Shown: piece by piece, positions 49,876 through 60,704 of the stretch
Numbering within the stretch: position 1 is the stretch's first letter
How the letters are laid out: each line of letters opens with the position of its first letter
Assembly: GCA_965227515.1 (NCBI GenBank)
Contig: CBDDFZ010000001.1
Location: 1,728,001-1,792,000 of the forward strand
Reading direction: 5' to 3'
DNA length: 64,000 nt
DNA from: Alphaproteobacteria bacterium
Lineage (GTDB): Bacteria; Pseudomonadota; Alphaproteobacteria; CALKHQ01
The notes under the pieces: generated by a model
What the model was told of the DNA's origin: nothing
The model's database searches: none
The model's input: only the letters and a program-made list of their open reading frames with translations
Position numbers and translations under genes: made by a program

Positions 49876-51993
49876 TCACGTCATTGAAATTAGATCGGCC
49901 ATGGCGATCACGGCTGCCGCGGCCCAGGCCTGCGGTGCGCAACTGACCGGGTGCGGGATCGGCGGGGCGCCATCATGGCGGGCGTGGCCGGCAAACAGCT
50001 CCGGCATGCGTAGGTCGGGCATGGCAGCGGCCGCGTCGAGCAGTGCCATGGCGAGCTGACGCGCCGCATCCGCATGGCCGGCGCCCAGCATGCCACGCGC
50101 GATCAGCGCGGTGTCGTGCGGCCACACCGAACCGGTGTGATAGCCCTGCGGATTGAAGCCGCGCGTGCCTTCGGCCAGCGTGCGCACGCCCCAGCCGGAA
50201 AACGCTGACGGCGCACTCAATGTGGCGACCAGGGCGCGCGCCTGTGCCGGATCGACGGCGCCGCTGAACAGCAGGTGCCCGGGGTTGGACGACACCACGC
50301 GGCATAGCGCGCCATCGCCGTCCAGAGCGATGCCATGACACCCGGCGGCGCCAAGCTCGCCATCCCAGAAATGGGCCGCGATGGCATCTTGCACGCCGTC
50401 GGCGCGGTCGCGTTCGGTGGCGGCGTTGATGTCGGGGAGTGCCAAGGCTTGCGCCAATTCGGCCATGGTGCGGCGGGCGGCGACCGCATAGCCCTGCACC
50501 TCGACCAGCGCGATGTCGCCATCCGCCGGCGTGCCGTCGGCATGGATCACGGAGCCGGGCGAATCCTTCCAGCCCTGGTTGACGAGCCCGCCCTCTTGGC
50601 CACGGCGATAGGTCAGGAAACCGAGCGCGTCGCAGGCGCCGTCCATCCAGGCGAGGGCGCGTACCAGGTTGGGCCAGATGTCGGAGATCGCCCCGCCGTC
50701 CCGCGTGACGCGCCAATACATGCCGGCCAGCACGATGAACAGCGGCGTGGTGTCGACCCCGCCGTAGTAGGCGCCGTACGGCACCTCACGGAGCGCGGAC
50801 ATCTCGCCATGGCGCATCTCGTGCAGGATCTTGCCGGGGGCGCTTTCGCGTTCGGCGGAGGTGTCGTCCGCCTGGGTCTCGGCCAGGAACCGTAACACGC
50901 CGGCGGCGAGGTCCGGCACGCGGGGCAACAGCAACATGGCCGTGATGACGGCGTCGCGCCCGAATGGCGTCGAGAACCGGGGCAGCCCGGCATAGGGGTA
51001 TGGCCCGGTCGGCAGTGCGGTGGTCAGCAGCGCGACATCGGCGGCGGCCTGCCGGATCGCCGCGGCATGGCGACCCTCCAGTTCCAGCCCGTCCAGCAGG
51101 GCGTTCATGGTTGCCTGGCGCTCGTCGCAAAGCGCGCCGGGGGAGGCCGAGGGCGCAATCCGGTGCCGCGCCGTCGACCCGGTGGTAACAGTCGCGCGCA
51201 TCTGCCATCGGCCGCCGGGCGGCAGGTCGACGCGAAAGGCTGCGGCATCGCCAGACAGCGACGCCGGCATCGGCTCGAAGGCAATGCGCGTGCGGCGTGT
51301 CTCGGCATCCAGGCCGCGATAGCGCAACGTCACCCGGTCGCGCTCGACGTCGGCCGGCTGGTGCACGCCATGGCGCTGGCGGGCGATGCCGCGCACTTCG
51401 AACTCGTCCTTGAAGTCGGCGTCGAACCCGACCGTCGCCGCCAGCGCCAGCGGCGCCGGGCCGTAGTTCTCCAGCGTCACCGTGCCGACCAGCGTGTCGG
51501 CCAAGGTCCAAGTGCGCGACAGCCGCACGGCGCCGGGCTGCAGCACCGTATCGCCGATGCGGGTACGCGCCGACGCCTCCTCGAAGCTGAGGACAGCGTG
51601 CAGCGGATCGGCCCATGCGGCCAGCGCCATCATCGGCATCGGGCCGCACGTCAGTCGCCAGTCGGAGAGATGCCGGGTGCCATGGTCGAACAACCCGGCG
51701 AAGGCGACCTGGGTGGCACCGGTCTCGCCGGCCGGGTCGATGTTGCCGCGCCCGTCGAAGACGACGAAGCTGTTCCCGCACTTCAGGCTTCGCGCGCCTT
51801 CGGTCAATTGCAGCCTTGTGGGTTGGGTGAGCCGATGGCCGCACCGTACCCGCACACGGTGCACGCGAACAGCCCATATCGCAGGCCGCCCGACGAGGGC
51901 ATGCGGGGCGCGATTTCGCCCGGCTCGGCCAAACCCCATTTCGCGCCGGGTCGGCATATGCTTAAGTGGTGGAATCCAATCAACGCTATCCAA
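49876..51993 (-). CDS. Amylo-alpha-1,6-glucosidase/glycogen debranching family protein (start uncertain)
   Basis: FGRD, PGKILHEMR, DTTPLF, NQGWKDS, YH.GSVWPHD, PQAWAA. Confidence 0.85.
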   Translation of the reverse strand: MDSVDWIPPLKHMPTRREMGFGRAGRNRAPHALVGRPAIWAVRVHRVRVRCGHRLTQPTRLQLTEGARSLKCGNSFVVFDGRGNIDPAGETGATQVAFAGLFDHGTRHLSDWRLTCGPMPMMALAAWADPLHAVLSFEEASARTRIGDTVLQPGAVRLSRTWTLADTLVGTVTLENYGPAPLALAATVGFDADFKDEFEVRGIARQRHGVHQPADVERDRVTLRYRGLDAETRRTRIAFEPMPASLSGDAAAFRVDLPPGGRWQMRATVTTGSTARHRIAPSASPGALCDERQATMNALLDGLELEGRHAAAIRQAAADVALLTTALPTGPYPYAGLPRFSTPFGRDAVITAMLLLPRVPDLAAGVLRFLAETQADDTSAERESAPGKILHEMRHGEMSALREVPYGAYYGGVDTTPLFIVLAGMYWRVTRDGGAISDIWPNLVRALAWMDGACDALGFLTYRRGQEGGLVNQGWKDSPGSVIHADGTPADGDIALVEVQGYAVAARRTMAELAQALALPDINAATERDRADGVQDAIAAHFWDGELGAAGCHGIALDGDGALCRVVSSNPGHLLFSGAVDPAQARALVATLSAPSAFSGWGVRTLAEGTRGFNPQGYHTGSVWPHDTALIARGMLGAGHADAARQLAMALLDAAAAMPDLRMPELFAGHARHDGAPPIPHPVSCAPQAWAAAAVIAMADLISMT

Positions 51994-52017
51994 TCAAAAA
52001 GCACAGGGGGTGCATCG

Positions 52018-53019
52018 ATGCGAAACATGCTGATGGCAGCGGTCGCGATGACCGGCCTGACGTTCTCGGGCGCGATGGCGCAGGACGAGGACTTCTCGGC
52101 GGCCGTGGTCTTCGACATGGGCGGCAAGTTCGACCGCTCGTTCAACGAAGGCATCTACAACGGGCTGGAGGTGTTCAGCGAAGAGACCGGCATCGAATAC
52201 AACGAGTTCGAGGTCACCAACGAATCCCAGCGTGAGCAGGCGCTGCGCCGCATGGCGCGTGATGGGGCCGAGATCGTGATCGCGGTCGGCTTCGCCCAGG
52301 CCCCGGCACTGGAAGTGGTGGCGCAGGAGTTCCCCGACACCAAGTTCACCATCATCGACATGGTGGTCGACCTGCCGAACGTGCAGTCGGTGGTGTTCAA
52401 GGAGCAGGAAGGTTCGTTCCTGGTCGGCATGATCGCGGCCATGGCCAGCGAGACCGGCACGGTCGGCTTCGTCGGTGGCATGGATATCGCGCTGATCCGC
52501 AAGTTCGCCTGCGGCTATGAGCAGGGCGCGAAGTACGTGAACCCGGACATCGAAGTGTTGCAGAACATGACCGGCACCACACCGGCGGCGTGGAACGATC
52601 CGGGCCGTGGCGGCGAGCTGGCGCGCGGCCAGTTCGACCGTGGCGCCGACGTGGTCTATGCGGCGGCTGGCGGCACCGGGCTCGGCGTCTATCAGGCGGC
52701 CGAGGAAGCCGGCCAGATGGCCATCGGCGTCGACTCGAACCAGAACTACCTGCATCCGGGCACCATGCTGACCTCGATGCTGAAGCGCGTCGACGTTGCC
52801 GCGTACAACGCCTTCAACGGTGCCTACACCGACACGTGGGAGCCGGGCATCCAGGTGCTGGGCTTGGCCGAGGAAGGTGTCGGCTGGGCGCTGGACGAGC
52901 ACAACGAGGCCATGATCACCGACGAGATGATGGCCGCCGTCGAAGAGGCCAAGGCCGCGATCATCGCCGGCGACCTCGTGGTGCATGACTATACGTCCGA
53001 CGAGAGCTGCACCTACTGA
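52018..53019 (+). CDS. BMP-family nucleoside ABC substrate-binding protein
   Basis: GGKFDRSFNE, IGVDSNQ, SMLKRVD. Confidence 0.92.
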   Translation: MRNMLMAAVAMTGLTFSGAMAQDEDFSAAVVFDMGGKFDRSFNEGIYNGLEVFSEETGIEYNEFEVTNESQREQALRRMARDGAEIVIAVGFAQAPALEVVAQEFPDTKFTIIDMVVDLPNVQSVVFKEQEGSFLVGMIAAMASETGTVGFVGGMDIALIRKFACGYEQGAKYVNPDIEVLQNMTGTTPAAWNDPGRGGELARGQFDRGADVVYAAAGGTGLGVYQAAEEAGQMAIGVDSNQNYLHPGTMLTSMLKRVDVAAYNAFNGAYTDTWEPGIQVLGLAEEGVGWALDEHNEAMITDEMMAAVEEAKAAIIAGDLVVHDYTSDESCTY

Positions 53020-53057
53020 GGCTTAGAACGGCCATGACCTGACGGGCGGTTGCCCGT

Positions 53058-54656
53058 ATGACCGAGCCAACCACACATGCCGGCGGGCCACCAGCGCCCG
53101 CCGGGGGTACTGTTGCAGCCGGCGAGCTTGCTATTGAGCTCGTCGGCATCGACAAGCGGTTCGGCCCGGTCCATGCCAACAAGGACATCCACCTGGCGGT
53201 GCCGCGCGGCACCATCCACGGCATCATTGGTGAGAACGGGGCCGGTAAGTCGACCCTGATGAGCATCCTCTACGGCTTCTATCAGGCCGACGGGGGCGAG
53301 ATCAGGATCGGCGGCCGGCCGGTGTCCATCGGCTCGTCGTCGGACGCCATCGATGCCGGCATCGGCATGGTGCACCAGCACTTCATGCTGGTGGAGCCGT
53401 TCACGGTGCTGGAAAACATCATGCTGGGCGCGGAGGGCGGCCCGGTGCTGCGCGGCGGCATTGCGGCGGCGCGGGCGGAACTGACGCGCCTTGAGCAGGA
53501 ATACAGCCTGGAAGTCTCGCCCGATGCCGTGGTCGGCGACCTGCCGGTTGGCGTGCAGCAACGGGTGGAGATCCTGAAGGCGCTCTACCGCGGCGCCGAC
53601 ATCCTGATCCTGGACGAGCCGACCGGCGTGTTGACGCCGCAGGAGGCCGACCACCTGTTCCGCATCCTCGCGACCCTGAAGGAGCAGGGCAAGACCGTCA
53701 TCCTGATCACCCACAAGCTGCGCGAGATCATGGCGGTGACCGACAACGTGTCGGTGATGCGCCGCGGCGAGATGGTGGCGCACCGGCGCACCGCCGACAC
53801 CGACCGCGAGGAACTGGCCGAACTGATGGTCGGCCGCAAGGTGCTGCTGCGGGTCGAGAAGGGGCCGGCGACGCCGGGCGATGTGGTGCTCGACGTCGAG
53901 GCGCTGCGGGTCATCGACAAGCAGGACGTCACCCGGCTGAAGGACGTCAGCCTCCAGGTCCGCGCCGGGGAGATCGTCGGCATCGCCGGCGTGTCGGGCA
54001 ACGGCCAGTCCGAGCTGCTGGCCGCGCTGTCCGGCGTGATCCCGTTTGCGGCCGGATCGTTCTCCATCAAGGGCGAGCAGGTCACGCCGGGCATGCACCT
54101 GGACGCGCGCGCCATGCGGGCGAAGGGCATGGCCCACGTGCCGGAAGACCGCCACCGCGAGGGGCTGATTACTGCGTTCGAGGCCAACGAATGCACGATC
54201 CTTGGCTATGACGATAACCCTTCCTACCGCTGGGGTCCGTTGCTGAACTGGCGCGCGATCGTTGGCGATTGCAGCCGGCAGATGGAGCAGTTCGACGTGC
54301 GGCCGCCGAATCCCAGACTGAAGGCGGCCAACTTCTCCGGCGGCAACCAGCAGAAGCTGGTGCTGGCGCGTGAGATATCGCGGGCGCCTGAGTTGCTGCT
54401 GGTCGGCCAGCCGACCCGGGGCGTCGATATCGGCGCCATCGAGTTCATCCACCGCCAGATCATCGCCATGCGCGACGCGGGGACGGCTGTGCTGCTGGTC
54501 TCGGTCGAGCTGGACGAGATCATGGGGCTCAGCGACCGCATCCTGGTGATGTTCGACGGGCGGATCGTCGGCGAGATCGCCGGCAGCGAGGCCGACGAGC
54601 GCACCATCGGGCTGATGATGGCCGGCATCAATCCCAGGGACGAGCAGGCGGCATGA
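53058..54656 (+). CDS. Nucleoside ABC transporter ATPase (two ABC domains)
   Basis: GENGAGKST, SGGNQQK. Confidence 0.93.
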   Translation: MTEPTTHAGGPPAPAGGTVAAGELAIELVGIDKRFGPVHANKDIHLAVPRGTIHGIIGENGAGKSTLMSILYGFYQADGGEIRIGGRPVSIGSSSDAIDAGIGMVHQHFMLVEPFTVLENIMLGAEGGPVLRGGIAAARAELTRLEQEYSLEVSPDAVVGDLPVGVQQRVEILKALYRGADILILDEPTGVLTPQEADHLFRILATLKEQGKTVILITHKLREIMAVTDNVSVMRRGEMVAHRRTADTDREELAELMVGRKVLLRVEKGPATPGDVVLDVEALRVIDKQDVTRLKDVSLQVRAGEIVGIAGVSGNGQSELLAALSGVIPFAAGSFSIKGEQVTPGMHLDARAMRAKGMAHVPEDRHREGLITAFEANECTILGYDDNPSYRWGPLLNWRAIVGDCSRQMEQFDVRPPNPRLKAANFSGGNQQKLVLAREISRAPELLLVGQPTRGVDIGAIEFIHRQIIAMRDAGTAVLLVSVELDEIMGLSDRILVMFDGRIVGEIAGSEADERTIGLMMAGINPRDEQAA

Positions 54657-55762
54657 GCGCGCGTAGCGTGCCGCGCTGGGTCGACGTCGGCCTTGTGCCG
54701 CTGCTCAGTGTGGTGATCGCCTTCGCCATTTCGGGCGTGCTGGTGCTGATCATCGGCGAGGACCCGCTGGCGGCCGTCGAGTACCTGGTGATCGGCGCGT
54801 TCGGCAATGGTTACAACATCGGCCTGACGCTGTTCTACACGACCAACTTCATCTTCGCCGGCCTGGCCGTGGCGGTTGCCTTCCACTGCGGCCTGTTCAA
54901 CATCGGCGGCGAGGGGCAGGCCTATATCGCCGGGCTCGGCGTGGCGCTGGCGTGCCTGTATTTCGAGGGGCTGCCGTTCATCCTGATCCTGCCGCTGGCG
55001 GTGATCGCCGCCGCGCTGTTCGGCGCCGCCTGGGCGTTCCTGCCGGCAGTGTTCCAGGCCAAGCGCGGCAGCCACATCGTCATCACGACCATCATGTTCA
55101 ACTTCATCGCCTGGTCGCTGATGAACTATCTGCTCGACAACGTGTTTCGCGAGCCGGGGACGATGAGCCCGGAATCGCGCGCGTTTGCCGACGAAGCGCG
55201 GATGCCGAAGTTCAGCGACCTGCCGGGCGCCATCGGCGACTTCTTCCAGTACTCGCCGCTGAACTTCTCCATCGTCTGGGCGCTGGTCTGCTGCGTGCTG
55301 GTCTATCTGTTCATCTGGCACACCCGCTGGGGCTACCGCGTGCGTGCGGTCGGCCACAATGAGAGCGCCGCGGTCTATGGCGGCATCTCGCGCGACCGGG
55401 TGATCATCGTCTCGATGCTGATCTCCGGCGGGCTCGCCGGCTTCATCGCGCTCAACGAGGTGATGGGCGGCAGCGGGCGGTTGATCAACGACTTCGTCAA
55501 TGGCGCCGGTTTCGTCGGTATCGCGGTCGCGCTGATGGGGCGCAACCACCCGGTCGGCGTCATCCTGGCGGCGCTGCTGTTCGGCGCGCTGTATCAGGGC
55601 GGCTCCGAATTGCAGTTCGAGATGCCTGATATCTCGCGCGAGATGGTCGTCGCGATCCAGGGCCTGGTGATCATGTTCGCCGGCGCCATGGACAACATGG
55701 TGCGCCAGCCGATCGTGGCGTTGTTCCAGCGCCGTGCCGTCGACGACGAGGACGCGCGCTAG
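54653..55762 (+). CDS. Nucleoside ABC permease
   Basis: GLFNIGGEGQ, multi-TM. Confidence 0.92.
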   Translation: MSARSVPRWVDVGLVPLLSVVIAFAISGVLVLIIGEDPLAAVEYLVIGAFGNGYNIGLTLFYTTNFIFAGLAVAVAFHCGLFNIGGEGQAYIAGLGVALACLYFEGLPFILILPLAVIAAALFGAAWAFLPAVFQAKRGSHIVITTIMFNFIAWSLMNYLLDNVFREPGTMSPESRAFADEARMPKFSDLPGAIGDFFQYSPLNFSIVWALVCCVLVYLFIWHTRWGYRVRAVGHNESAAVYGGISRDRVIIVSMLISGGLAGFIALNEVMGGSGRLINDFVNGAGFVGIAVALMGRNHPVGVILAALLFGALYQGGSELQFEMPDISREMVVAIQGLVIMFAGAMDNMVRQPIVALFQRRAVDDEDAR

Positions 55763-55786
55763 GATGGCGAGGCAGGGAGCAGGCTG

Positions 55787-56755
55787 ATGGAAGTCGTGGA
55801 TACCATCGTCCAGTTGCTGGATGCCACCATCCGGGTGTCGACGCCGCTGGTGCTGGCCGCACTCGCCGGCCTGTTCGCCGAGCGCTCCGGCGTGGTCAAC
55901 ATCGCGCTGGAAGGCAAGATGCTGTTCGCGGCCTTCTTCGCCGGTGCGGTGGCGGCATGGACCGGGTCGCCGTGGCTGGCGCTGCTGGCGGCCATCGGCA
56001 TCTCGACCATGCTGGCCCTGGTTCATGCGGTGGCCAGCGTCACCTTCCGCGGCGACCAGGTGGTCTCGGGGCTTGCCATCAACTTCATCGCGGCGGGCTT
56101 GACCGTCACCATGGGCCATGCGTGGTTCAGCCAGGGTGGCAAGACGCCGGCGCTGACAGCGGACCAGAAGTTCTCGCCGGTGGAGTTGCCGCTGGCCGAG
56201 ACGCTGGCCGACGTGCCGGTGCTGGGGCAGATCTGGACCGAGCTGATCAGCGGCCACAACCTTCTGGTCTATGTGATGTTCGCGCTGGTGCCGCTGGTTG
56301 CCTGGGTGGTGTATCGCACCCGCTTCGGCCTGCGCCTGCGCGCGGTGGGTGAGTCGCCGGCCGCCGTCGACACCGCCGGCATCTCGGTCATCGGCATGCG
56401 CTATCTCGCGCTGATCGTCAGCGGCGTTCTGTGCGGTGTCGCCGGGGCCTATCTTTCCATCGCCGACGGTTCTTTCTTCGGCAAGGACATGACCGCCGGT
56501 CGCGGCTATCTGGCGCTGGCGGCGCTGATCTTCGCAAAATGGCGCCCGGTGCCGGTGCTGGGTGCGTGCCTGCTGTTCGGTTTCCTGCAGTCGTTGGAGA
56601 CCCGGTTCCAGGGTACCGAGATGCTCGGCATCGACCTGCCAGTGCAAGTCTTTCAGGCGCTGCCCTATGTTCTGACTGTGGTGCTGCTGGCCGGCTTCAT
56701 CGGCAAGGCGGTGGCGCCGAAGGCGATTGGCCGGCCCTACGTGAAAGAGCGATGA
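55787..56755 (+). CDS. Nucleoside ABC permease
   Basis: ERSGVVNIALEG, GRGYLALAA. Confidence 0.92.
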   Translation: MEVVDTIVQLLDATIRVSTPLVLAALAGLFAERSGVVNIALEGKMLFAAFFAGAVAAWTGSPWLALLAAIGISTMLALVHAVASVTFRGDQVVSGLAINFIAAGLTVTMGHAWFSQGGKTPALTADQKFSPVELPLAETLADVPVLGQIWTELISGHNLLVYVMFALVPLVAWVVYRTRFGLRLRAVGESPAAVDTAGISVIGMRYLALIVSGVLCGVAGAYLSIADGSFFGKDMTAGRGYLALAALIFAKWRPVPVLGACLLFGFLQSLETRFQGTEMLGIDLPVQVFQALPYVLTVVLLAGFIGKAVAPKAIGRPYVKER

Positions 56756-57165
56756 ACGCACCGCCGTCGGATAAGTTCGCAATGATGTTCGAGCGCGCGA
56801 AAGCAGCGCAGCAGGCCGCCTATGCGCCGTACTCGCAGTTCCCGGTCGGCGCATGCTTCCTCAGCGTCGAGGGCAACTACTACGACGGCTGCAATGTCGA
56901 GAACTCGGCCTATCCGGTGGGCCATTGCGCCGAGGTCTCGGCCATCGGCGCGATGATCACGGCGGGCGACCGCGCGATTGCCGAGATTGTCATCGTCGGC
57001 GGCGGCGACCTGTGTACGCCGTGCGGGGCTTGCCGGCAGCGGGTCGCCGAGTTCGCCACTTGCGACGTTCTCGTCCACATCTGCGGGCCCGAGGGGCTGC
57101 GCCGCACGTTCTCGGTGGCGGAGTTGCTGCCCTCCGGTTTCGTGCTCGCGCCGGCGGGCTCCTGA
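56752..57165 (+). CDS. cdd: Cytidine deaminase
   Basis: AYAPYS.FPVGA, NVEN, CAE, PCGACRQ. Confidence 0.93.
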   Translation: MNAPPSDKFAMMFERAKAAQQAAYAPYSQFPVGACFLSVEGNYYDGCNVENSAYPVGHCAEVSAIGAMITAGDRAIAEIVIVGGGDLCTPCGACRQRVAEFATCDVLVHICGPEGLRRTFSVAELLPSGFVLAPAGS

Positions 57166-57950
57166 TGGCCAAGACCGTGCGTGTGTCGCCTGCCGAGCGC
57201 ATCGTGGCGCAGCGTGCGCTCGGCCTGCTTGACCTGACCAGCCTGGAACTGGACGACGGCGAGGCGGTCGCCGCCGACCTGTGCGCGCGGGCCTGCACGC
57301 CATTCGGTCCCGCAGCGGCGGTGTGCCTGTATCCGCACCTGGTCTCGGCGGCGCGCGGCAATTTGGCCGGGACCGGCGTGCGTGTGGCGACGGTGATCAA
57401 CTTCCCGGTCGGCGGCACCGACATCGCCAAGGCCGCCAGCGACACCGCGGCGGCGGTCGCCGACGGCGCCGACGAGGTGGATGTGGTCTGGCCGTTCCGT
57501 GCCTGGCTGGATGGCGACCGCAGGACGCCGCAGGCACTGGTCTACGCCTGCCGCAATGCGGCACCCACGCCGGTGCGCCTGAAGGTGATCCTGGAAACCG
57601 GCGAGCTGGCCGCGCCCGACATCGTGCGCGATGCGTCGATGGCCGCGATTTCGTCGGGTGCCGACTTCATCAAGACCAGCACCGGCAAGATCGCTGTCGG
57701 GGCCTCGCCGGAAGCGGTCGACGCCATGCTGGACGCCATCGTCGCCACGGGTGGCAAGACGGGGCTCAAGGTCTCCGGCGGTGTCCGCACGGTGGCGGAT
57801 GCGGCAGCCTACATGGCGCAGGCCGATGGTCGGCTGGGGCCGGGCTGGATCTCGCCGGAACGCTTTCGATTCGGGGCCAGCGGACTGCTCAAGGCGCTGC
57901 TGGCGACACTCGAGGGCAAGAGCAGCGGCGCGCCCGGCAGCGGGTATTGA
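57165..57950 (+). CDS. deoC: Deoxyribose-phosphate aldolase
   Basis: LDLTSL, KVILETG, FIKTSTGK, RFGAS. Confidence 0.93.
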   Translation: MAKTVRVSPAERIVAQRALGLLDLTSLELDDGEAVAADLCARACTPFGPAAAVCLYPHLVSAARGNLAGTGVRVATVINFPVGGTDIAKAASDTAAAVADGADEVDVVWPFRAWLDGDRRTPQALVYACRNAAPTPVRLKVILETGELAAPDIVRDASMAAISSGADFIKTSTGKIAVGASPEAVDAMLDAIVATGGKTGLKVSGGVRTVADAAAYMAQADGRLGPGWISPERFRFGASGLLKALLATLEGKSSGAPGSGY

Positions 57951-57983
57951 GTGCACTTTGTTTCAAGAGTCACTCGCATTCGT

Positions 57984-58109
57984 CGTCATTGCGAGGAGCG
58001 TCGCCCGTGCGTTGCGACGGCGGCGCGACGCGGCAATCCAGAGCATCACTTCCGCGTTCTCGGCAATCGCCTGGATTGCCACGCCGGCTTGCGCCGGCTC
58101 GCAATGACG
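57984..58109. repeat. Palindromic intergenic (RPE/MITE-like) element
   Basis: Terminal CGTCATTGCGAG/CTCGCAATGACG, internal GGCAATCCAG/CTGGATTGCC. Confidence 0.75.
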
Positions 58110-58155
58110 GTTTTGGTGCTGAGTATTCACCCAGTTAGATTGAGGCAGGCATCTG

Positions 58156-59496
58156 ATGACCATCCTTCCCCAGGTGCTGATCGGCAAGAAGCGCGACGGC
58201 GACCCGCTGGACGCCGACGAGATCGCGGCCGTGGTTGCCGGCATCACCGACGGGTCATGGTCCGAGGGGCAGATTGCCGCCTTCGCCATGGCGACGCTGA
58301 TCCGGGGCATGACCGCGGACGAGCAGGTGGCGCTGACGCTCTCCATGACCCGCTCCGGCCGGGTGCTGGATTGGAAGGGCATCGCGGATGGCCGCGCCCC
58401 CAATGGTCGAGCGGTGGTCGACAAGCATTCCACCGGCGGCATCGGCGACAAGGTCAGCCTGATCCTGGCGCCATGCCTAGCCGCCTGCGGCGTGTGCGTG
58501 CCGATGATCTCCGGTCGCGGGCTCGGCCATACCGGCGGCACGCTCGACAAGCTGGAGGCGATCCCCGGTTATCGCGTGTCGGTGCCGCTCGACGAGATGC
58601 AGCGCGTGGTGTCGGACGCCGGCTGCGCCATCGTCGGGGCCACCTCCGACATCGCGCCCGCCGACGCGCGCCTCTATGCGGTGCGCGACCTGACCGGCAC
58701 CGTCGAATCCCAGGACCTGATCGTCGCCTCGATCCTGTCGAAGAAACTCGCCGAGGGGCTGGACGCCCTGGTGATGGACGTGAAGGTCGGCAACGGTGCT
58801 TTTCTGCCGACCATGGAAGCGGCGCTGGAACTCGCCAAGTCCATCGTCCGCGTGGCGCGTGGCGCCGGGGTCAAGACCGCCGCTCTGATCACCGATATGA
58901 ACCAGATGCTGGGGCTTGCCGCCGGCAACGCGCTGGAGGTGGCGGAGGCGGCCGATGTGCTGACCGCGCGCCAGGGCGACCGGCGGCTGGTCGAGCTGGT
59001 CATCGCCCAGGGTGCAGCACTGCTGCAACTGGTCGACCCTGATACAGATCCGGACGGCGCGCGAAAGCGGATGGTCGACGCGCTGACCTCCGGCGCTGCG
59101 GCGGAGCGGTTCGGCCGCATGGTGGCCGCACTCGGCGGCCCGTCCGACTTCATCGAGCGTGCCGGCGAGCACCTGCCGCACGCGCCCCACACGGTCGAGG
59201 TGGCGGCGCCGCGCGACGGCCATATTGCGGGCTTCGACCTGAAAGCGATCGGCTGGGCGCTGGTCGACCTCGGTGCCGGGCGGCGCGCGCCGGGCCAGAA
59301 GATCGATCCGGTCGTCGGGCTGACCACGGCGGGTCCGGTGATCGGCGACGAGGTCCACGCGGGCGACCCGGTGTTCCGCCTGCACGGCGGCGACAAGGAT
59401 GCGCTGCAGGCCGCGGCCCCGGCGATCTCGGCGATGATCGAGGTCGGCGAGGAACCCACGGCGCCACCGCCGCTGATCCACACGATGCTGGGGTAG
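58156..59496 (+). CDS. deoA: Thymidine phosphorylase
   Basis: DKHSTGG.GDK, SGRGLGHTGGTLDKLE, SILSKKLA. Confidence 0.95.
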   Translation: MTILPQVLIGKKRDGDPLDADEIAAVVAGITDGSWSEGQIAAFAMATLIRGMTADEQVALTLSMTRSGRVLDWKGIADGRAPNGRAVVDKHSTGGIGDKVSLILAPCLAACGVCVPMISGRGLGHTGGTLDKLEAIPGYRVSVPLDEMQRVVSDAGCAIVGATSDIAPADARLYAVRDLTGTVESQDLIVASILSKKLAEGLDALVMDVKVGNGAFLPTMEAALELAKSIVRVARGAGVKTAALITDMNQMLGLAAGNALEVAEAADVLTARQGDRRLVELVIAQGAALLQLVDPDTDPDGARKRMVDALTSGAAAERFGRMVAALGGPSDFIERAGEHLPHAPHTVEVAAPRDGHIAGFDLKAIGWALVDLGAGRRAPGQKIDPVVGLTTAGPVIGDEVHAGDPVFRLHGGDKDALQAAAPAISAMIEVGEEPTAPPPLIHTMLG

Positions 59497-59659
59497 GTTC
59501 GGCGCCTGGTCACGGAACGCCGATTGCATGCCGGCTTGCCACGCGGCGCGGAATCGGGCTACCTCCGTGCAACGAAATTGCCATCAACGAACGGGCTGCC
59601 ACCCACGCCATTCCGGCACCACGGTCCGGCCCGAATGCATCATCAACGAGGGGAAATTC

Positions 59660-60688
59660 ATGAGCCAGGGAACCCAGGGGACAAGGATCGCGGTGATTGC
59701 CGCGCTTGCCACCGGCGCTTTCGCCGCCGAGGCCGCCGCCCAGACCGACATCAACTTCACCCTGGACTGGAAGTTCCAGGGGCCGACCGCCGCCTTTCTG
59801 GTCGCCGCCGACAAGGGCTATTTCGAGGAAGAGGGCCTGGATGTTTCCATCGATGCCGGCAACGGGTCGGCCGGCGCGGTCACCCGGGTCGCCAGCGGTG
59901 CCTACCAAATGGGCATGGCCGACATCAACGCGGTGGTGAACTTCCTGGTCGAGAACCCGGACCAGGATATCAAGGGCGTCTACATGATCTATGACGCGCC
60001 GCCGTTCAGCGTGTTCACCCTGGCCGACAGCGGCATCGAGACCCCGGCCGACATGGAGGGCCGCTCGCTGGGCGCGCCGGTGTTCGATGCCTCCTACCAG
60101 TTGTTCCCGGCGTTCGCGGCGGAGACCGGCATCGACGACAGTAAGGTCGAGCGCATCAACATGGACGTGCCGCTGCGCGAGACCATGCTGGTCACCGGCG
60201 ACGTCGACATGATCTCCGGCCACTTCTTCTCGTCGATGCTGGACCTGCAGGCGAAGGGTGTGGCGGAAGAGGACATTCGCTACTTCCTCTATGCCGACAA
60301 CGGCATGGACTTCTATGGCAACGCGGTCATCGCGTCCGGCGCGTTCATTGCCGAGAACCCGGAAGCGGTCGCCGGCTTCAACCGCGCGCTGGCCAAGGGC
60401 TGGATGGACGTGATCGCCGATCCGGAGGGTGCGATGGAATCGGTGCTGGCCCGTGATCCGCTGGTCGATGCGGACCTGGAGCTGCGGCGGCTTGGCCTGG
60501 CGCTCGACACCAACGTGATGACCGACTACGTGATGCAGAATGGCATGGGCGACATCGTGGCGGAGCGCATGGCCAACGCCATCGAGCAGCTCTCGGTCGC
60601 CTATGGGTTCGACGAGGCGCCGACGGTGGAGGACGTGTGGACGTCCGAATTCCTGCCCGACATCGAAATGCGCATGCTGGTTCAGTAG
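59660..60688 (+). CDS. NMT1/THI5-like ABC substrate-binding protein
   Basis: Signal peptide, LDWKFQGP, KGYF.EEGLDV. Confidence 0.87.
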   Translation: MSQGTQGTRIAVIAALATGAFAAEAAAQTDINFTLDWKFQGPTAAFLVAADKGYFEEEGLDVSIDAGNGSAGAVTRVASGAYQMGMADINAVVNFLVENPDQDIKGVYMIYDAPPFSVFTLADSGIETPADMEGRSLGAPVFDASYQLFPAFAAETGIDDSKVERINMDVPLRETMLVTGDVDMISGHFFSSMLDLQAKGVAEEDIRYFLYADNGMDFYGNAVIASGAFIAENPEAVAGFNRALAKGWMDVIADPEGAMESVLARDPLVDADLELRRLGLALDTNVMTDYVMQNGMGDIVAERMANAIEQLSVAYGFDEAPTVEDVWTSEFLPDIEMRMLVQ

Positions 60689-60704
60689 TCGCCTGATTTC
60701 ATGT

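Noticed and set aside
51067-52017. N-terminal extension of the BMP protein (650-aa ORF)
   Set aside because: Overlaps the antisense glucosidase gene; signal peptide and RBS place the start at 52018
54224-56854. Long antisense ORFs (876 aa here; others at 5105-7057, 3254-5032, 38790-40580)
   Set aside because: Typical stop-poor shadows of high-GC genes with no recognisable motifs
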